In this document: positions 1-10,425 of the stretch, one piece after another
How positions within the stretch are numbered: position 1 is the first letter of the stretch
How the letters are laid out: each line of letters starts with the position of its first letter
Source of the DNA: Myxococcota bacterium
Lineage (GTDB): Bacteria > Myxococcota_A > Polyangia > Polyangiales > Sandaracinaceae
DNA: 64,000 bases
Reading direction: 5' to 3'
Assembly (NCBI GenBank): GCA_036149055.1
Contig: JAYZQJ010000227.1
Location: 32,001-96,000 of the forward strand
Notes under the pieces: model-generated
Told to the model about the DNA's origin: nothing
The model's database searches: none
What the model saw: only the letters and a program-made list of their open reading frames with translations
Made by a program: the position numbers and the translations under genes

Positions 1-1242
1 CGCCTCCGTTCGAGCGTCCAAGCCCGCAGGCATCTGCGCGGCGACGACGTCTGCGTGGTCCTGCACCGGGGCCCCGCGGCGATGAAGCTGGGCGAGCGGG
101 AGTGGCGGGTGGTGCGCGCGATGGACGGCACCCGGGACGCGGAGGGGATCGCGCTCGCGTCCGGGGTGGCCCGCGCGCACGTGGCCGCCTTCGTGGAGGC
201 GCTGGAGCGGGCCGGGTTCCTGGGCGAGGACGGGGGCGGAGGCGACCCGGCGGCCGGCGAGCCGTCGTTCGCCCGGGACCTGCCCGTGCTGCCGCTCCCC
301 GGCTACCGCTTCACCTGCGACGGTCGGGGCGCGTGCTGCGCGACCTTCGCCACCATGGCCTTCACGCCGCTGGAGGCCGCGCGCGCCCGGGCCGCGGCGC
401 CCGAGATCGAGCACGGCGGCCACGATCCGGACCGCGTGTTCACGCCTCACGCCGGGCTCGACGGGAGCCTGCTCGCGGTCGCGATGCGGGACGGCGCCTG
501 CGTCTATCGCTCGGACGCGGGGTGCCGGGTGCACGCGGCGGCGGGCGCGGAGGCCAAGCCGCTCGGGTGCCGCACCTACCCGATGCGCCACGTCGACGTG
601 GGCGACGCGATCCGGGTCGCGCCCCGCCCCGAGTGCGACTGCGTGTTCGCGTCCGGCCGGGACGAGATCACCGACGCAACGCGCGGCGCCGACCTGCCGC
701 GCGCGCTCTACGTCGATCGGCTCGGCCCGGTCCGCATGGGGCCCGAGACCGTCTCGGCGCAGGACTTCATCCGGTGGTGTGACGCGCGGCGCCCCGAAGA
801 CGCCGCCGCCTGGTGCGCCGGGACCGCCGACGCGGTCGCGCGGGACGGCGCCCGGGCCGAGGGCCGCCCCGGCGAGCTCGCCTCGCTCCACGCCGCGGCG
901 CGCGCGATCGCGGCGAGAGCGGAGCAGCTCGCGGCGGTCCTGGCCGACCACCGCGGCCCGCGCGATCCCTTGCGCCGGCGCGTCGACGGGCTGCTCGAGG
1001 CCGCCGCCCGGATCGGCGAAGGCGCGCCGGCGGTCGACGACGAGCGCCTCTATCTCACGGCCACGCTCTTCGGCGGCTGGCTGGCCGACGAGCCCTCGGT
1101 CGAGCTGGCGCTGCGAGAGCGAGGCGCCCGGGTCCTGCTCGCGCGCGCCTTCCCGCCCGGGATCTCGCCTCACCCGCTCGGCGTGGTCGAGTCGCTCGCG
1201 CGAGGACACGGGCTCGCCGCCGCCCCCTCCGGCGCGCTATGA
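1..1242 (+). CDS. YkgJ/CxxCxxCC-type Cys-cluster protein with N-terminal PqqD/RRE-like winged-helix domain (5' truncated)
   Basis: Frame +1 is open from base 1. It has 'LGEREWRVVRAMDGTRD...FVEALERAGFL' (RRE-like), then 'FTCDGRGACC', 'CVYRSDAGCRVH', 'KPLGCRTYP'. Confidence 0.65.
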   Translation, partial: RLRSSVQARRHLRGDDVCVVLHRGPAAMKLGEREWRVVRAMDGTRDAEGIALASGVARAHVAAFVEALERAGFLGEDGGGGDPAAGEPSFARDLPVLPLPGYRFTCDGRGACCATFATMAFTPLEAARARAAAPEIEHGGHDPDRVFTPHAGLDGSLLAVAMRDGACVYRSDAGCRVHAAAGAEAKPLGCRTYPMRHVDVGDAIRVAPRPECDCVFASGRDEITDATRGADLPRALYVDRLGPVRMGPETVSAQDFIRWCDARRPEDAAAWCAGTADAVARDGARAEGRPGELASLHAAARAIAARAEQLAAVLADHRGPRDPLRRRVDGLLEAAARIGEGAPAVDDERLYLTATLFGGWLADEPSVELALRERGARVLLARAFPPGISPHPLGVVESLARGHGLAAAPSGAL

Positions 1243-1249
1243 GCGGCCC

Positions 1250-2737
1250 ATGGCGAAAGTCGACGGGGTCAACCTCCGCCCGGGCACGAGCGCGTCCGAG
1301 CTCTTCTACGACGTGCTGGACGAGGCGCGCCGCGCCCACCCGAGCGCGTTCGAGGGGCTGCGCTGGCCCAAGGACGCGCGCGCCTTCAAGCGCGACTACG
1401 CCGCGCCCCTGATCGCCTTCGAGCGGCGCCGGGTGGCGTCCCCGCACCGGGCCGAGATCGCGCGCACCATCGTCGAGGCGAGCGAGGCGTCGATGATCTT
1501 CGCCGGCGAGGGCGCCGAGACCCCGCTGCGGGAGCACCTGCGCGGCGGAGCGGAGCCGCTCCCCACCGAGACGGTGAAGCTCGAGCAGACGGCCGGCCTC
1601 GTGCCGGAGGTGACCTTCCGCGGGCGGCATTACGAGGGCGCGGGGCTCGGCGATCTCGCCGACGCGTGGCTCGCCAAGCGCTGGATGACCGACAGCGCGC
1701 ACCGCGGGATCCGCTGGACCCTCGAGCAGGCGGCGCAGGGCGCGGGCGGGCGCGCGCACCTCTCGGGCCACAAGTGCGTCTCCCTCGGCGGCGGGGCGGA
1801 GCTGTCGCCCACCCGCGCGATGCTGCGGGCCGGCGCGGACGTGCTCTACATCGACGCGCGCGATCCCAGCGAGGCCCTGCTGAAGGATCCGCGGGTCTCG
1901 GGCACGCTGACCTGGGTGCCGGGCGGCGCCGACCTTCTCGCGCGGCCGGCCGAGGTCGCGGCGACGATCGAGCGCTGGGCCGGCGACGACCCGGTCCACG
2001 TCGGCATGTACGCCTACGCAGGCGGCGCGGCGCAGGAGTGGCGGCTCACGGCGTCGATGAACGCGATCGTGCGGAGCCTCCCGAAGGCGATCGTGCGCTC
2101 GGTGGTGATGCTGATCTCGCCGACCACGCCGGGCACGGTGAGCCCCGAGGACGCCGCGCTCGCCGACGCCCGCCTGAAGCGGCTCGTGACCCGCCCGCTC
2201 GGGCTCGGCCGCTCCCAGGCGTCGGTGGGGCAGAGCGGGGAGCTGCCCAACCGGGTGTCGCACGCGATCGTCAGCCTGCAGGGCGCGAGCTACCAGGCGG
2301 CCCAGTACGTCGGCAAGATGATGCCGGCCGAGGTGTTCGCGGTGTACGGCGTCGACGGCCGGAGCGAGGGCATCTCGGTCTCCGCGCCGGTCGCCCCGAT
2401 CACGAAGACCGCCTCGCTCCAGCACCCGCTCTTCGACGCCGGCTTCGAGGGCGCCGAGCTGTTCGGCATCCTCATCTCCGAGCCGCAGGCCACCCGGGTG
2501 ATGTGCGCCCTGCTGGCCTTCCACGATCTGCTGAACCCGAGCGCTCCGAGCCGCGCCTCGAGCGCCCTGCCCCCGGGCGACCGGGTGGCCGCGATCATGG
2601 GCGAGCAGATCCACGGCGGGGTCTACGCCCAGCCGCACGCGCTCGAGCGCGAGATCATGGTCGCCGCCGTCGCCGGCCTCGGCCGCAAGCCGAGCCTCAT
2701 CGCGCCCGCGCTCCGCTTCCTCGCCACCGGGAAGTGA
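1250..2737 (+). CDS. hypothetical protein (Rossmann-like segment)
   Basis: Globular-looking ORF from ATG 1250 (MAKVDGVNLR), 7 nt after the upstream stop. 'CVSLGGGAELSP...ADVLYID' resembles a nucleotide-binding fold. Confidence 0.65.
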   Translation: MAKVDGVNLRPGTSASELFYDVLDEARRAHPSAFEGLRWPKDARAFKRDYAAPLIAFERRRVASPHRAEIARTIVEASEASMIFAGEGAETPLREHLRGGAEPLPTETVKLEQTAGLVPEVTFRGRHYEGAGLGDLADAWLAKRWMTDSAHRGIRWTLEQAAQGAGGRAHLSGHKCVSLGGGAELSPTRAMLRAGADVLYIDARDPSEALLKDPRVSGTLTWVPGGADLLARPAEVAATIERWAGDDPVHVGMYAYAGGAAQEWRLTASMNAIVRSLPKAIVRSVVMLISPTTPGTVSPEDAALADARLKRLVTRPLGLGRSQASVGQSGELPNRVSHAIVSLQGASYQAAQYVGKMMPAEVFAVYGVDGRSEGISVSAPVAPITKTASLQHPLFDAGFEGAELFGILISEPQATRVMCALLAFHDLLNPSAPSRASSALPPGDRVAAIMGEQIHGGVYAQPHALEREIMVAAVAGLGRKPSLIAPALRFLATGK

Positions 2738-2862
2738 AACGTGAGCGACGCCTCGCGTTTCCGCTCAAGAAGCTGGAATCATGAGAGGAATCCCGCGGCT
2801 TCATGTGAGTCGACCCTGGCTCGCGGTCGGGTATATTGAACTCGATTCAGGAAGGGGCGGAC

Positions 2863-4392
2863 ATGCTGAAGCGATCGGACGTGGGGGACGACGAGCTGCC
2901 GGTGGCCATCATCGGCGCGGGCTTCGCCGGGCTGGGCATGGCGATCCAGCTGAAGCAGCGCGGGGTCGACGCCTTCACGATCTTCGAGGGCGGGAGCGAG
3001 GTCGGCGGCACCTGGCGCGACAACACCTACCCCGGCTGCGCGTGCGACGTGCCCTCGCATCTCTACTCGTTCTCGTTCGAGCGCAACCCGGACTGGTCGC
3101 ACAACTACAGCCCGCAAGAAGAGATCCTCGCCTACCTGAGGCGCTGCGCCGAGAAGTACGACGTCCGCGCGCACATCCGCTTCGACACGTGGATCGCGAA
3201 GGCGGAGTGGCGCGAGGCGGAGAAGCGCTGGCGCCTCGAGAGCGCGGAGGGCGACGTCTTCTTCGCGCGTGTCCTCGTCGCCGGCACCGGCCCGCTGCGC
3301 ACGCCGTCGCTCCCGGACGTGCCCGGCCTCGAGACGTTCGAGGGCGAGGTCATGCACTCGGCGCGCTGGAACCACCACTACGACTTCGCCGGCAAGCGCG
3401 TCGCCGCGGTCGGCACCGGCGCGAGCGCGATCCAGTTCGTGCCCGAGCTCGCGAAGGAGGTCGATCGCCTCCACCTCTTCCAGCGCACGCCGCCCTGGGT
3501 GATGCCGAAGATCGACGGCGCGTTCTCCGAGGCGTGGAAGGCGCGCTTCCGCCGCTTCCCCGCGCTGACCTTCGGCTTCCGCAACGCGATCTACTGGGCG
3601 GCCGAGCTCTTCGGCACCGGCTTCTTCGTCGACCCGCGCATCAACGAGTGGCGACAGAACATGGCCCGCCGCTACATCGAGGAGTCCATCGACGACCCGG
3701 CGCTGCGCGAGAAGGTCACGCCCGACTACGTGATGGGCTGCAAGCGGGTCCTCTTCTCGAACGACTACTACCCCGCGCTGAACCGCGAGAACGTGGAGCT
3801 CGTCGACCGCGAGGTCACCGAGATCCGGGCCCGCAGCGTCGTCGCCAGCGACGGCACCGAGCGCGAGGTCGACGCGATCGTCTTCGGCACCGGCTTCCGG
3901 GTCACCGACTTCCTCACCCCGCTCGAGGTGAAGGGGGTGGGCGGCCTCGACCTGAACGACGCGTGGCGCGACGGCGCGGAGGCCTACCTCGGCATGACCG
4001 TGGCGGGCTTCCCGAACCTCTTCATCCTCGTCGGCCCCAACACCGGGCTCGGCCACAACTCGATCGTGTTCATGATCGAGGCGCAGGTGCACTACGTGCT
4101 CGCGTGCCTCGAGCGCATGAAGCATCGCAAGGTCGGCGCCCTCGAGGTGAAGCCCGCCGCCCAGCGCGCCTTCAACGACCGGGTCCAGGAGCGCCTCTCG
4201 AGCGTGGTCTGGAACACGGGGGGCTGCACCAGCTGGTACCTCGACGAGAACGGCAAGAACGTCACCCTCTGGCCGGGCTACACCACCGAGTACTGGCTGC
4301 GCACGCGCCGCCCGCGCTGGACGCACTACGTCGAGCGCCCCCTGCCCGCGAGGGTGGAGGCGCGCGGGGGCGCGTTCGCGGAGGCTCGATGA
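2863..4392 (+). CDS. Baeyer-Villiger/flavin-containing monooxygenase
   Basis: GAGFAG, GGTWRDNTYPGCACDVPSHLYS, FEGEVMHSARW (FxGxxxHxxxW fingerprint), GTGASA. Confidence 0.93.
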   Translation: MLKRSDVGDDELPVAIIGAGFAGLGMAIQLKQRGVDAFTIFEGGSEVGGTWRDNTYPGCACDVPSHLYSFSFERNPDWSHNYSPQEEILAYLRRCAEKYDVRAHIRFDTWIAKAEWREAEKRWRLESAEGDVFFARVLVAGTGPLRTPSLPDVPGLETFEGEVMHSARWNHHYDFAGKRVAAVGTGASAIQFVPELAKEVDRLHLFQRTPPWVMPKIDGAFSEAWKARFRRFPALTFGFRNAIYWAAELFGTGFFVDPRINEWRQNMARRYIEESIDDPALREKVTPDYVMGCKRVLFSNDYYPALNRENVELVDREVTEIRARSVVASDGTEREVDAIVFGTGFRVTDFLTPLEVKGVGGLDLNDAWRDGAEAYLGMTVAGFPNLFILVGPNTGLGHNSIVFMIEAQVHYVLACLERMKHRKVGALEVKPAAQRAFNDRVQERLSSVVWNTGGCTSWYLDENGKNVTLWPGYTTEYWLRTRRPRWTHYVERPLPARVEARGGAFAEAR

Positions 4393-4408
4393 TCGCGCCC
4401 CTCGAGGA

Positions 4409-6505
4409 TCACTCCCAGGGGTAGAAGGCGTTGTCCACGTGGGCGAGGCCGGTGTCGGCGAGCTCGGGGAAGTGGCGCAGCAGCACCGACTTCATCGAGT
4501 TGGCCTCGACCCAGATCAGGCCCTCGTTGGTGTACGTCTCGGCGTTGTAGAGCTCGGTGTAGTAGCGGTCCGCCTGGAGGCGGCGGGTCGCCATGAGGGT
4601 GAAGACCTGGAAGAGGGTCTCGCCGAAGCCGTAGCAGCTCGGGCGCTGCGCCTCGGCGAAGGTGCCCACCATCAGGTCGAGCCGGTCGATGCTGCCGTAG
4701 ACCCGCTCCAGCCGATGGGCGAGCCGCCGGTCGCCCCCCGTCAGCGTGAGGAAGTCCGGCACCGGAGGCAGGCCCAGCATCTGCCGGGCCGCGTTGTAGC
4801 GAGGCACGCCGCGCTCACGATCCCGCAGGACGTCGACGGTGCCCATGTCGAGCACGCCGCGGCCCGGGATCTCGATGTCCTGGAGGAAGCGCGGGTAGTT
4901 CTGGAGCACCAGCGCGCCGGGGTGGCTCGTCCCGAACGTGTAGAGCATGTCGGTCATGCCGTGGCGCTCGACGAGGCCGCGCCCGCGCGCGTCCCGGGTG
5001 CGCCCGGTGGGCACGATCTGCCGCAGCCGACCGGAGCGCGCCGAGCGCACCGCGAACACCTCGGGCAGGAGCGGGTGCATCCGGTAGACCGAGACGAACT
5101 CCTCGGTCATCGCGTAGGCCGCGTCGTGGAGATCACGCCCGCCCGCGTTGCCGACGACGCCGTACACCACCGGGTTCGGGTAGAGCCCCGGGATCTCGGG
5201 CAGCGGCGGGCAGGTGAAGTGGTTCAGCCCGTACCAGTTCGTGTTCATCGCCACGTTCAGGCTGCTGTTCGGCAGGATCGCCGGCGTCCACTCGAGGGTG
5301 TGGATCTTCGCGATCAGCGCGGCGTTGATCAGGCGCGCGGTCTGGAAGAGGCGCTCGTCGTCCCAGCTCGGGTAGGCGGCGGCGAGCATGTCGGCGATCG
5401 CGTTGTGCTCGAGCGCGAAGAGGGTGTGGAGCAGCTCCAGGCCGACCCAGAAGTTCTCGCGCATGCCGGTGTCGGCGTAGCCGCGCGAGCCCACCGGGAG
5501 CAGCCCATCCGGCCCGACCCGCAGCCGGCCGCCCACGTGCGCCCGGAGGCGGTGCGCGGTGGCGTCGTCGCTGCCGTAGATCTGCGAGCCGTCCCACCAG
5601 TGCGTGACCTCGTTGGTGAAGGTCGGCGGAAGCGCGTCGTCGCGCCCGGGCACGCGGGTCGGATCGGCGCGGGTGGCCGGCACGATCAGCGTGTCGAGCC
5701 CGCGGGTGAAGCGCAGCGGATCCCAGCGGCTCAGCGGCACCTCGATGACGTCGCGGGTGTGCGGGCGGCCGTGATCGAACCAGTCGTGGATCTGGAACTG
5801 GGTCCAGACCCCGGCGAGGTTGTTGAGGAACGGCACCGGCTGGAAGCCGCCGGTCCGCCGACGCAGCAGCGAGAGCGAGACCTTGCGCGGGTTGGGCTCG
5901 AGCAACATCGACGGGTCGGCGTGGGCGCCCGCGAGCGGCACGTTCCGCCCGAAGCGCGTCCCGGCCGCGCCCATCAGCGGGTTCGTCGGATCGTTGCAGG
6001 TGCCGTCCAGGGTCCGCGCGGCGTAGGGGCCGGGCGGGCACACCGGGCTCGGCCGCGCCGGGTCGGTCACCAGCGGCACGCCGGTCTCCCCGCCGACGTA
6101 CATGTCGGTGAGGTTGTAGGCCTCGAGGATGCCGCGCATGAGCGCGAGCTTCGCCAGCCCGCGCTCGCGGCCGTCGCGGTACCAGTTGGTCCACGGGCCG
6201 GTGAAGAGATCGGCGGCCAGCGCCGGATCACTCGCGAGCCCGAGCAGGCTCATCAGATCCGACGCGAGCACGGTGGCCGGCGGCGGGCCCTCCGGGCCGA
6301 TGCACACCGGGGGTTGCCCGGTCGCCGGATCGTCCGGGCAGCACAGGCCGGTCGACGCGCTGATCGGCTCACAGACGAGACCGGGATCACACGCGGGACC
6401 ACCGCCCACCCCACAGTACTGCGCTTCGCCCGCGCTCGGGACCCACACCGCGGCGAACGTCGCCACGACCCCGAGCCGGCAGACCCAACCCAAACGATTT
6501 TTCAT
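4409..6505 (-). CDS. secreted heme peroxidase, cyclooxygenase/alpha-dioxygenase family
   Basis: [73 protein letters not shown]. Signal peptide and short Cys-rich module at the N-terminus. Confidence 0.88.
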   Translation of the reverse strand: MKNRLGWVCRLGVVATFAAVWVPSAGEAQYCGVGGGPACDPGLVCEPISASTGLCCPDDPATGQPPVCIGPEGPPPATVLASDLMSLLGLASDPALAADLFTGPWTNWYRDGRERGLAKLALMRGILEAYNLTDMYVGGETGVPLVTDPARPSPVCPPGPYAARTLDGTCNDPTNPLMGAAGTRFGRNVPLAGAHADPSMLLEPNPRKVSLSLLRRRTGGFQPVPFLNNLAGVWTQFQIHDWFDHGRPHTRDVIEVPLSRWDPLRFTRGLDTLIVPATRADPTRVPGRDDALPPTFTNEVTHWWDGSQIYGSDDATAHRLRAHVGGRLRVGPDGLLPVGSRGYADTGMRENFWVGLELLHTLFALEHNAIADMLAAAYPSWDDERLFQTARLINAALIAKIHTLEWTPAILPNSSLNVAMNTNWYGLNHFTCPPLPEIPGLYPNPVVYGVVGNAGGRDLHDAAYAMTEEFVSVYRMHPLLPEVFAVRSARSGRLRQIVPTGRTRDARGRGLVERHGMTDMLYTFGTSHPGALVLQNYPRFLQDIEIPGRGVLDMGTVDVLRDRERGVPRYNAARQMLGLPPVPDFLTLTGGDRRLAHRLERVYGSIDRLDLMVGTFAEAQRPSCYGFGETLFQVFTLMATRRLQADRYYTELYNAETYTNEGLIWVEANSMKSVLLRHFPELADTGLAHVDNAFYPWE

Positions 6506-6645
6506 CACCGCTCCCCGCACCGCCCCCAGTGCGCAACCACACGAAGAGAATGGGGGAGCCCGACCCTTTGCGCAAGTTTCGTACATCGATGGTCGAGGAC
6601 GTGGCGCCCATGACCTCCGGGCCGAAACCGAATAGAGTCGCCGAC

Positions 6646-7065
6646 ATGCGGTTCCTGCACACGATGCTCCGGGTCCAGGACCTGGACGCGGCGCTCGACT
6701 TCTACATGAACAAGCTCGGGCTGAAGGAGGTCCGCCGGCGGGACAGCGAGGGCGGCCGGTTCACCCTGGTCTTCCTCTCCACCGGGGAGGACGAGGCCGA
6801 GATCGAGCTGACCTACAACTGGGATCCGGAGGAGACGTTCACCGGCGGGCGCTACTTCGGGCACCTGGCCTTCGCGGTGGACGACATCTACGCGACCTGT
6901 CAGCGGCTCATGGACGCGGGGGTCACCATCAACCGCCCGCCGCGAGACGGGCGCATGGCCTTCGTGCGCTCCCCGGATCTCCACTCGATCGAGCTGCTCC
7001 AGCGGGGCGACGCGCTCGCGCCGCAGGAGCCCTGGGCCAGCATGCCGAACACGGGGGAGTGGTGA
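6646..7065 (+). CDS. gloA: lactoylglutathione lyase (glyoxalase I)
   Basis: [46 protein letters not shown]. Confidence 0.88.
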   Translation: MRFLHTMLRVQDLDAALDFYMNKLGLKEVRRRDSEGGRFTLVFLSTGEDEAEIELTYNWDPEETFTGGRYFGHLAFAVDDIYATCQRLMDAGVTINRPPRDGRMAFVRSPDLHSIELLQRGDALAPQEPWASMPNTGEW

Positions 7066-8432
7066 GCACCGATCTGCGCGCGCAGGGCGCCGCCGGCCCG
7101 ATCGACTGGGCGGCGGTGGAGGCGGAGGCGATCGCGCACTTCAAGGCGCTGCTCCGCATCGACACCACCAACCCGCCCGGCAACGAGCGGCCGGCCGCCG
7201 ACTACATCGCGAAGGTGCTGAGCCAGGAGGGGATCGAGTTCGAGATCATCGAGTCGAAGCCCACCCGAGCGAGCCTGATCGCGCGCCTGCGCGGCACCGG
7301 GCAGGACGGCCCGCTGCTGCTCAACGGGCACCTCGACGTCGTGCCCGCCGACCCCGCCTTCTGGACCCACCCGCCCTTCGAGGCGAAGGAGGCGGACGGC
7401 TGCATCTGGGGCCGCGGCGCGATCGACATGAAGAACATGGTGACGATGGGCCTGATGGCGCTCGTCCTCGCCAAGCGCTCCGGGCTCCGGCTGAAGCGCG
7501 ACCTGATCTTCGCCGCGGTCGCCGACGAGGAGGCGGGCAGCCACGAGGGCGCGCTCCACCTGGTCGAGGAGCACCCCGAGAAGGTCCGCGCCGAGTACGT
7601 GCTCAACGAGGTCGGCGGCCACACGCTCTACATGGGCGACAGCCGCTTCTATCCGATCCAGGTCTCGGAGAAGGGGATCTGCTGGTTCGAGATGACGGTC
7701 GAGGGCGAGCCCGGTCACGGCTCCATGCCCCGGCCCGACAACTCCGTGGTCCGGCTCGGTCGGGCCCTCGCCCGGCTCGGGGAGGTGCGGCTCCCGCAGC
7801 ACAACCTCCCGGTGGTCGAGAACTTCCTCCGCACGCTCGCCGCGGGCTCGCCGTTCCCCAACAAGACGGTGCTGCCGCTGCTCCTGCAGCCCCGCTTCGC
7901 CTCCACCCTGCTCGGCCTCCTCGAGCGGCACGAGCTCGAGAAGGCGATCGGCATCAACGCGATGCTCCGGAACACCGCGTCGCCGACGATGATGGAGGCG
8001 GGCAAGAAGGTGAACGTGATCCCGTCGAGCGCGAAGGCGCGGGTCGACGGACGCATCCTCCCCGGCCAGACCCTCGAGCAGTTCCTCGCCGAGGTGCAGC
8101 GGGTGGTGGGCCCCGAGGTGAAGATCAACGTGATCGACCACCACGACGGCACCACCTTCGACGCGAACACGCCGCTCTACGACACGATCTGCGACGTGCT
8201 CGGCGAGCGCGACCCCGGCGGCACTCCGGTGCCCTACATGATCCCCGGGTTCACCGACTCGTTCGCCTACGCCCGCCTCGGCGCGACCTGCTACGGCTTC
8301 TCCCCGGTCAAGCTCGGCCCCGAGCTCAACTTCACGCGCATGTACCACGGCCACGACGAGCGCATCCCGGTCGACGGCTTCAAGTGGGGCCTGCGCACCC
8401 TCTGGGACGTCGTCGAGCGCTTCGTGACGTGA
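7062..8432 (+). CDS. M20/M25/M40 family metallo-hydrolase (ArgE/DapE-like)
   Basis: [46 protein letters not shown] overlap with gloA. Confidence 0.9.
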   Translation: MSTDLRAQGAAGPIDWAAVEAEAIAHFKALLRIDTTNPPGNERPAADYIAKVLSQEGIEFEIIESKPTRASLIARLRGTGQDGPLLLNGHLDVVPADPAFWTHPPFEAKEADGCIWGRGAIDMKNMVTMGLMALVLAKRSGLRLKRDLIFAAVADEEAGSHEGALHLVEEHPEKVRAEYVLNEVGGHTLYMGDSRFYPIQVSEKGICWFEMTVEGEPGHGSMPRPDNSVVRLGRALARLGEVRLPQHNLPVVENFLRTLAAGSPFPNKTVLPLLLQPRFASTLLGLLERHELEKAIGINAMLRNTASPTMMEAGKKVNVIPSSAKARVDGRILPGQTLEQFLAEVQRVVGPEVKINVIDHHDGTTFDANTPLYDTICDVLGERDPGGTPVPYMIPGFTDSFAYARLGATCYGFSPVKLGPELNFTRMYHGHDERIPVDGFKWGLRTLWDVVERFVT

Positions 8433-8434
8433 CG

Positions 8435-9037
8435 TCAGCGCTGCGCGCGGAAGATGCCGCTGCGCTCGACGCTGAAGGAGAAGGCGGCTTCCTCGGGCTC
8501 CGACGACGGGCCGAGGAGGCCGCGCTCGCGCAGGTCCGCGGTGGTCATCAGGTCGGCGGCCCGGCCGTCGTCGTCGCCGCGGGCGAGCACGAGGTGGGCG
8601 AGCTCGATCAGCTCGGTCGGCCGCGCGAGCGTCGGATCGAGGGCGAGGTCGGAGAGGCGTCGCTCCCGGGCGCGCTCGCGGGCCACGGTGCGCTCGAGCT
8701 GGGCGCGGAGCGCGTCGAGGGCGGGCCGGGCGACGGTGCGCTGCGCGAGGGTGCGCTGGGCGAGGGTGCGCTGCGCGAGGGTGCGCTGCGCCTCTTCGAC
8801 CAGGGCGAGCGCCTCGCGCGAGGCCTCGCCGAGCTCGTGCAGCATCACCTCGGCCGCGTCGCGGTAGCGAAGCAGGGCCAGGGCCACCAGCACCTCCGGA
8901 GGGCGGGCGTCGGAGCGCTCGAGGTGCCCGCGGAGCTGATCGATCACGTCCGGACGCAGCGCGTCGTCGGTCAGCCCGCGCGCCACGAGAGGACGCAGCG
9001 CGGCGGGGAGACGGTCGAGCTCGAGGGCGGCGTCCAT
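8435..9037 (-). CDS. hypothetical helical protein
   Basis: ORF from MDAALELDRL fills the gap between the peptidase and argJ. Contains (RTLAQ)n. Confidence 0.55.
   Translation of the reverse strand: MDAALELDRLPAALRPLVARGLTDDALRPDVIDQLRGHLERSDARPPEVLVALALLRYRDAAEVMLHELGEASREALALVEEAQRTLAQRTLAQRTLAQRTVARPALDALRAQLERTVARERARERRLSDLALDPTLARPTELIELAHLVLARGDDDGRAADLMTTADLRERGLLGPSSEPEEAAFSFSVERSGIFRAQR
8735..8790. repeat. 15-bp tandem repeat, about 3.7 copies (QRTLA on the minus strand)
   Basis: ggtgcgctg(c/g)gcgag repeated in tandem. Confidence 0.85.
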
Positions 9038-9215
9038 GAAGTGTCCTACCGACGGCCGCTCTGGATCTTCCCTCCGGAAACTGGGTGAGTGTTCCGTCGG
9101 GGCTGGAATCGAGACCTCCTGGTCGCGCTTTGTGGGCGACAAAACGCCCCGCACCGACGATTGGCCCGGATGATGGTTGACGGCGACCGGCCCGGTCATG
9201 GAATTCTGCGCGCGC

Positions 9216-10418
9216 ATGACCGACTCCCAGCATCCCACCGTGGCCGGCTTCTCGTTCGCCGCCACGCACTGCGGCATCAAGAGCAACGGGGCCCTCGACC
9301 TCGGCCTGATCGTCGCCGACGACGCCGTCTCCGTGGCCGGCATGTTCACCAAGAACCGGGTGAAGGCCGCGCCGGTCGAGCTCTCGATGCAGCGCGTCGA
9401 GCGCGGGCGCGCGCAGGCCATCGTCGTCAACAGCGGCAACGCCAACGCGTGCACCGGCAAGAAGGGCAAGGAGGACGCCCGGGTGATCACGTCGATCGTC
9501 GCCGACGAGCTCGGCGTGGCCGACGACATGGTCCTGATGGCGTCGACCGGGATCATCGGTCACCCGCTCCCCTCCGAGCGCATCGAGAACGTGCTGCCCG
9601 ATCTGCTGAAGTCGGCGACCCCCGATCAGATCGACCCGTTCGCGCGGTGCATCATGACCACCGATCGCTGGCCGAAGATCTCGTCGATCAAGTTCCCGAT
9701 CGGTCAGGACCAGGAGGTCACGGTCCTCGGCATCGCCAAGGGCGCCGGCATGATCCACCCGGACATGGCGACCACCCTGGCCTTCGTGCTCACCGACGCG
9801 CCGATGCACAGCTCGTTCTTGAGCCGCGCGCTCAACACCGCGGTCGACCGGACCTTCAACCAGCTCACCGTCGACGGCTGCACGAGCACCAACGACTCCA
9901 TCTTCGCGATGAGCTCCAACAAGGTGCAGGCGGAGCCGCTCCGGGGCAGCGACCGGGACGCGCGCCGCTTCATCGACGCGCTGGTCGACGTGCTCGGCGA
10001 GCTCGGCCGCCGCATCGTGCAGGACGGCGAGGGCGCCAAGCACGTGGTGAGCCTCGAGGTCATCGGCGCGCCGAGCGAGGACGCGGCTCGCAAGGTGGGC
10101 GAGGCGATCGCCTCCAGCCTGCTCGTCAAGGCGGCGGTCTACGGTCGAGACCCGAACTGGGGCCGCATCATGGCGGCCGCGGGCACGGCGGGCGTCGCCT
10201 TCGACCCGACCAAGGTCGACATCAAGATCGGCAAGGTCACCGTCTGCAAGAAGGGCATGGGCGTGGGCCGCGACGCCGAGGAGGACGCGCGCCGGGTCAT
10301 GAACGACCCGAGCTACCGCATCACGGTGAAGCTCGGCCCGGGCAAGGCCAAGAGCACCTACACCTTCTGCGACATCGGCGAGGACTACCTCCGCCTCAAC
10401 GCGGCCTACCGCACCTGA
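9216..10418 (+). CDS. argJ: bifunctional ornithine acetyltransferase/N-acetylglutamate synthase
   Basis: FTKNRVKAAPV, NSGNANACTG, STGIIG, IMTTD, KGAGMIHPDMATTL, DGCTSTNDS, DGEGA, DPNWGRI. Confidence 0.96.
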   Translation: MTDSQHPTVAGFSFAATHCGIKSNGALDLGLIVADDAVSVAGMFTKNRVKAAPVELSMQRVERGRAQAIVVNSGNANACTGKKGKEDARVITSIVADELGVADDMVLMASTGIIGHPLPSERIENVLPDLLKSATPDQIDPFARCIMTTDRWPKISSIKFPIGQDQEVTVLGIAKGAGMIHPDMATTLAFVLTDAPMHSSFLSRALNTAVDRTFNQLTVDGCTSTNDSIFAMSSNKVQAEPLRGSDRDARRFIDALVDVLGELGRRIVQDGEGAKHVVSLEVIGAPSEDAARKVGEAIASSLLVKAAVYGRDPNWGRIMAAAGTAGVAFDPTKVDIKIGKVTVCKKGMGVGRDAEEDARRVMNDPSYRITVKLGPGKAKSTYTFCDIGEDYLRLNAAYRT

Positions 10419-10425
10419 GCGGTCC

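Noticed and set aside
1..240. RRE-like domain as the PlpY-type partner of the splicease
   Set aside because: It is 28 kb away and fused to a different domain, with no evidence of linkage.
7062..8432. Calling the M20 hydrolase argE because argJ is nearby
   Set aside because: The motifs support only a family-level call, and an opposite-strand gene separates the two.
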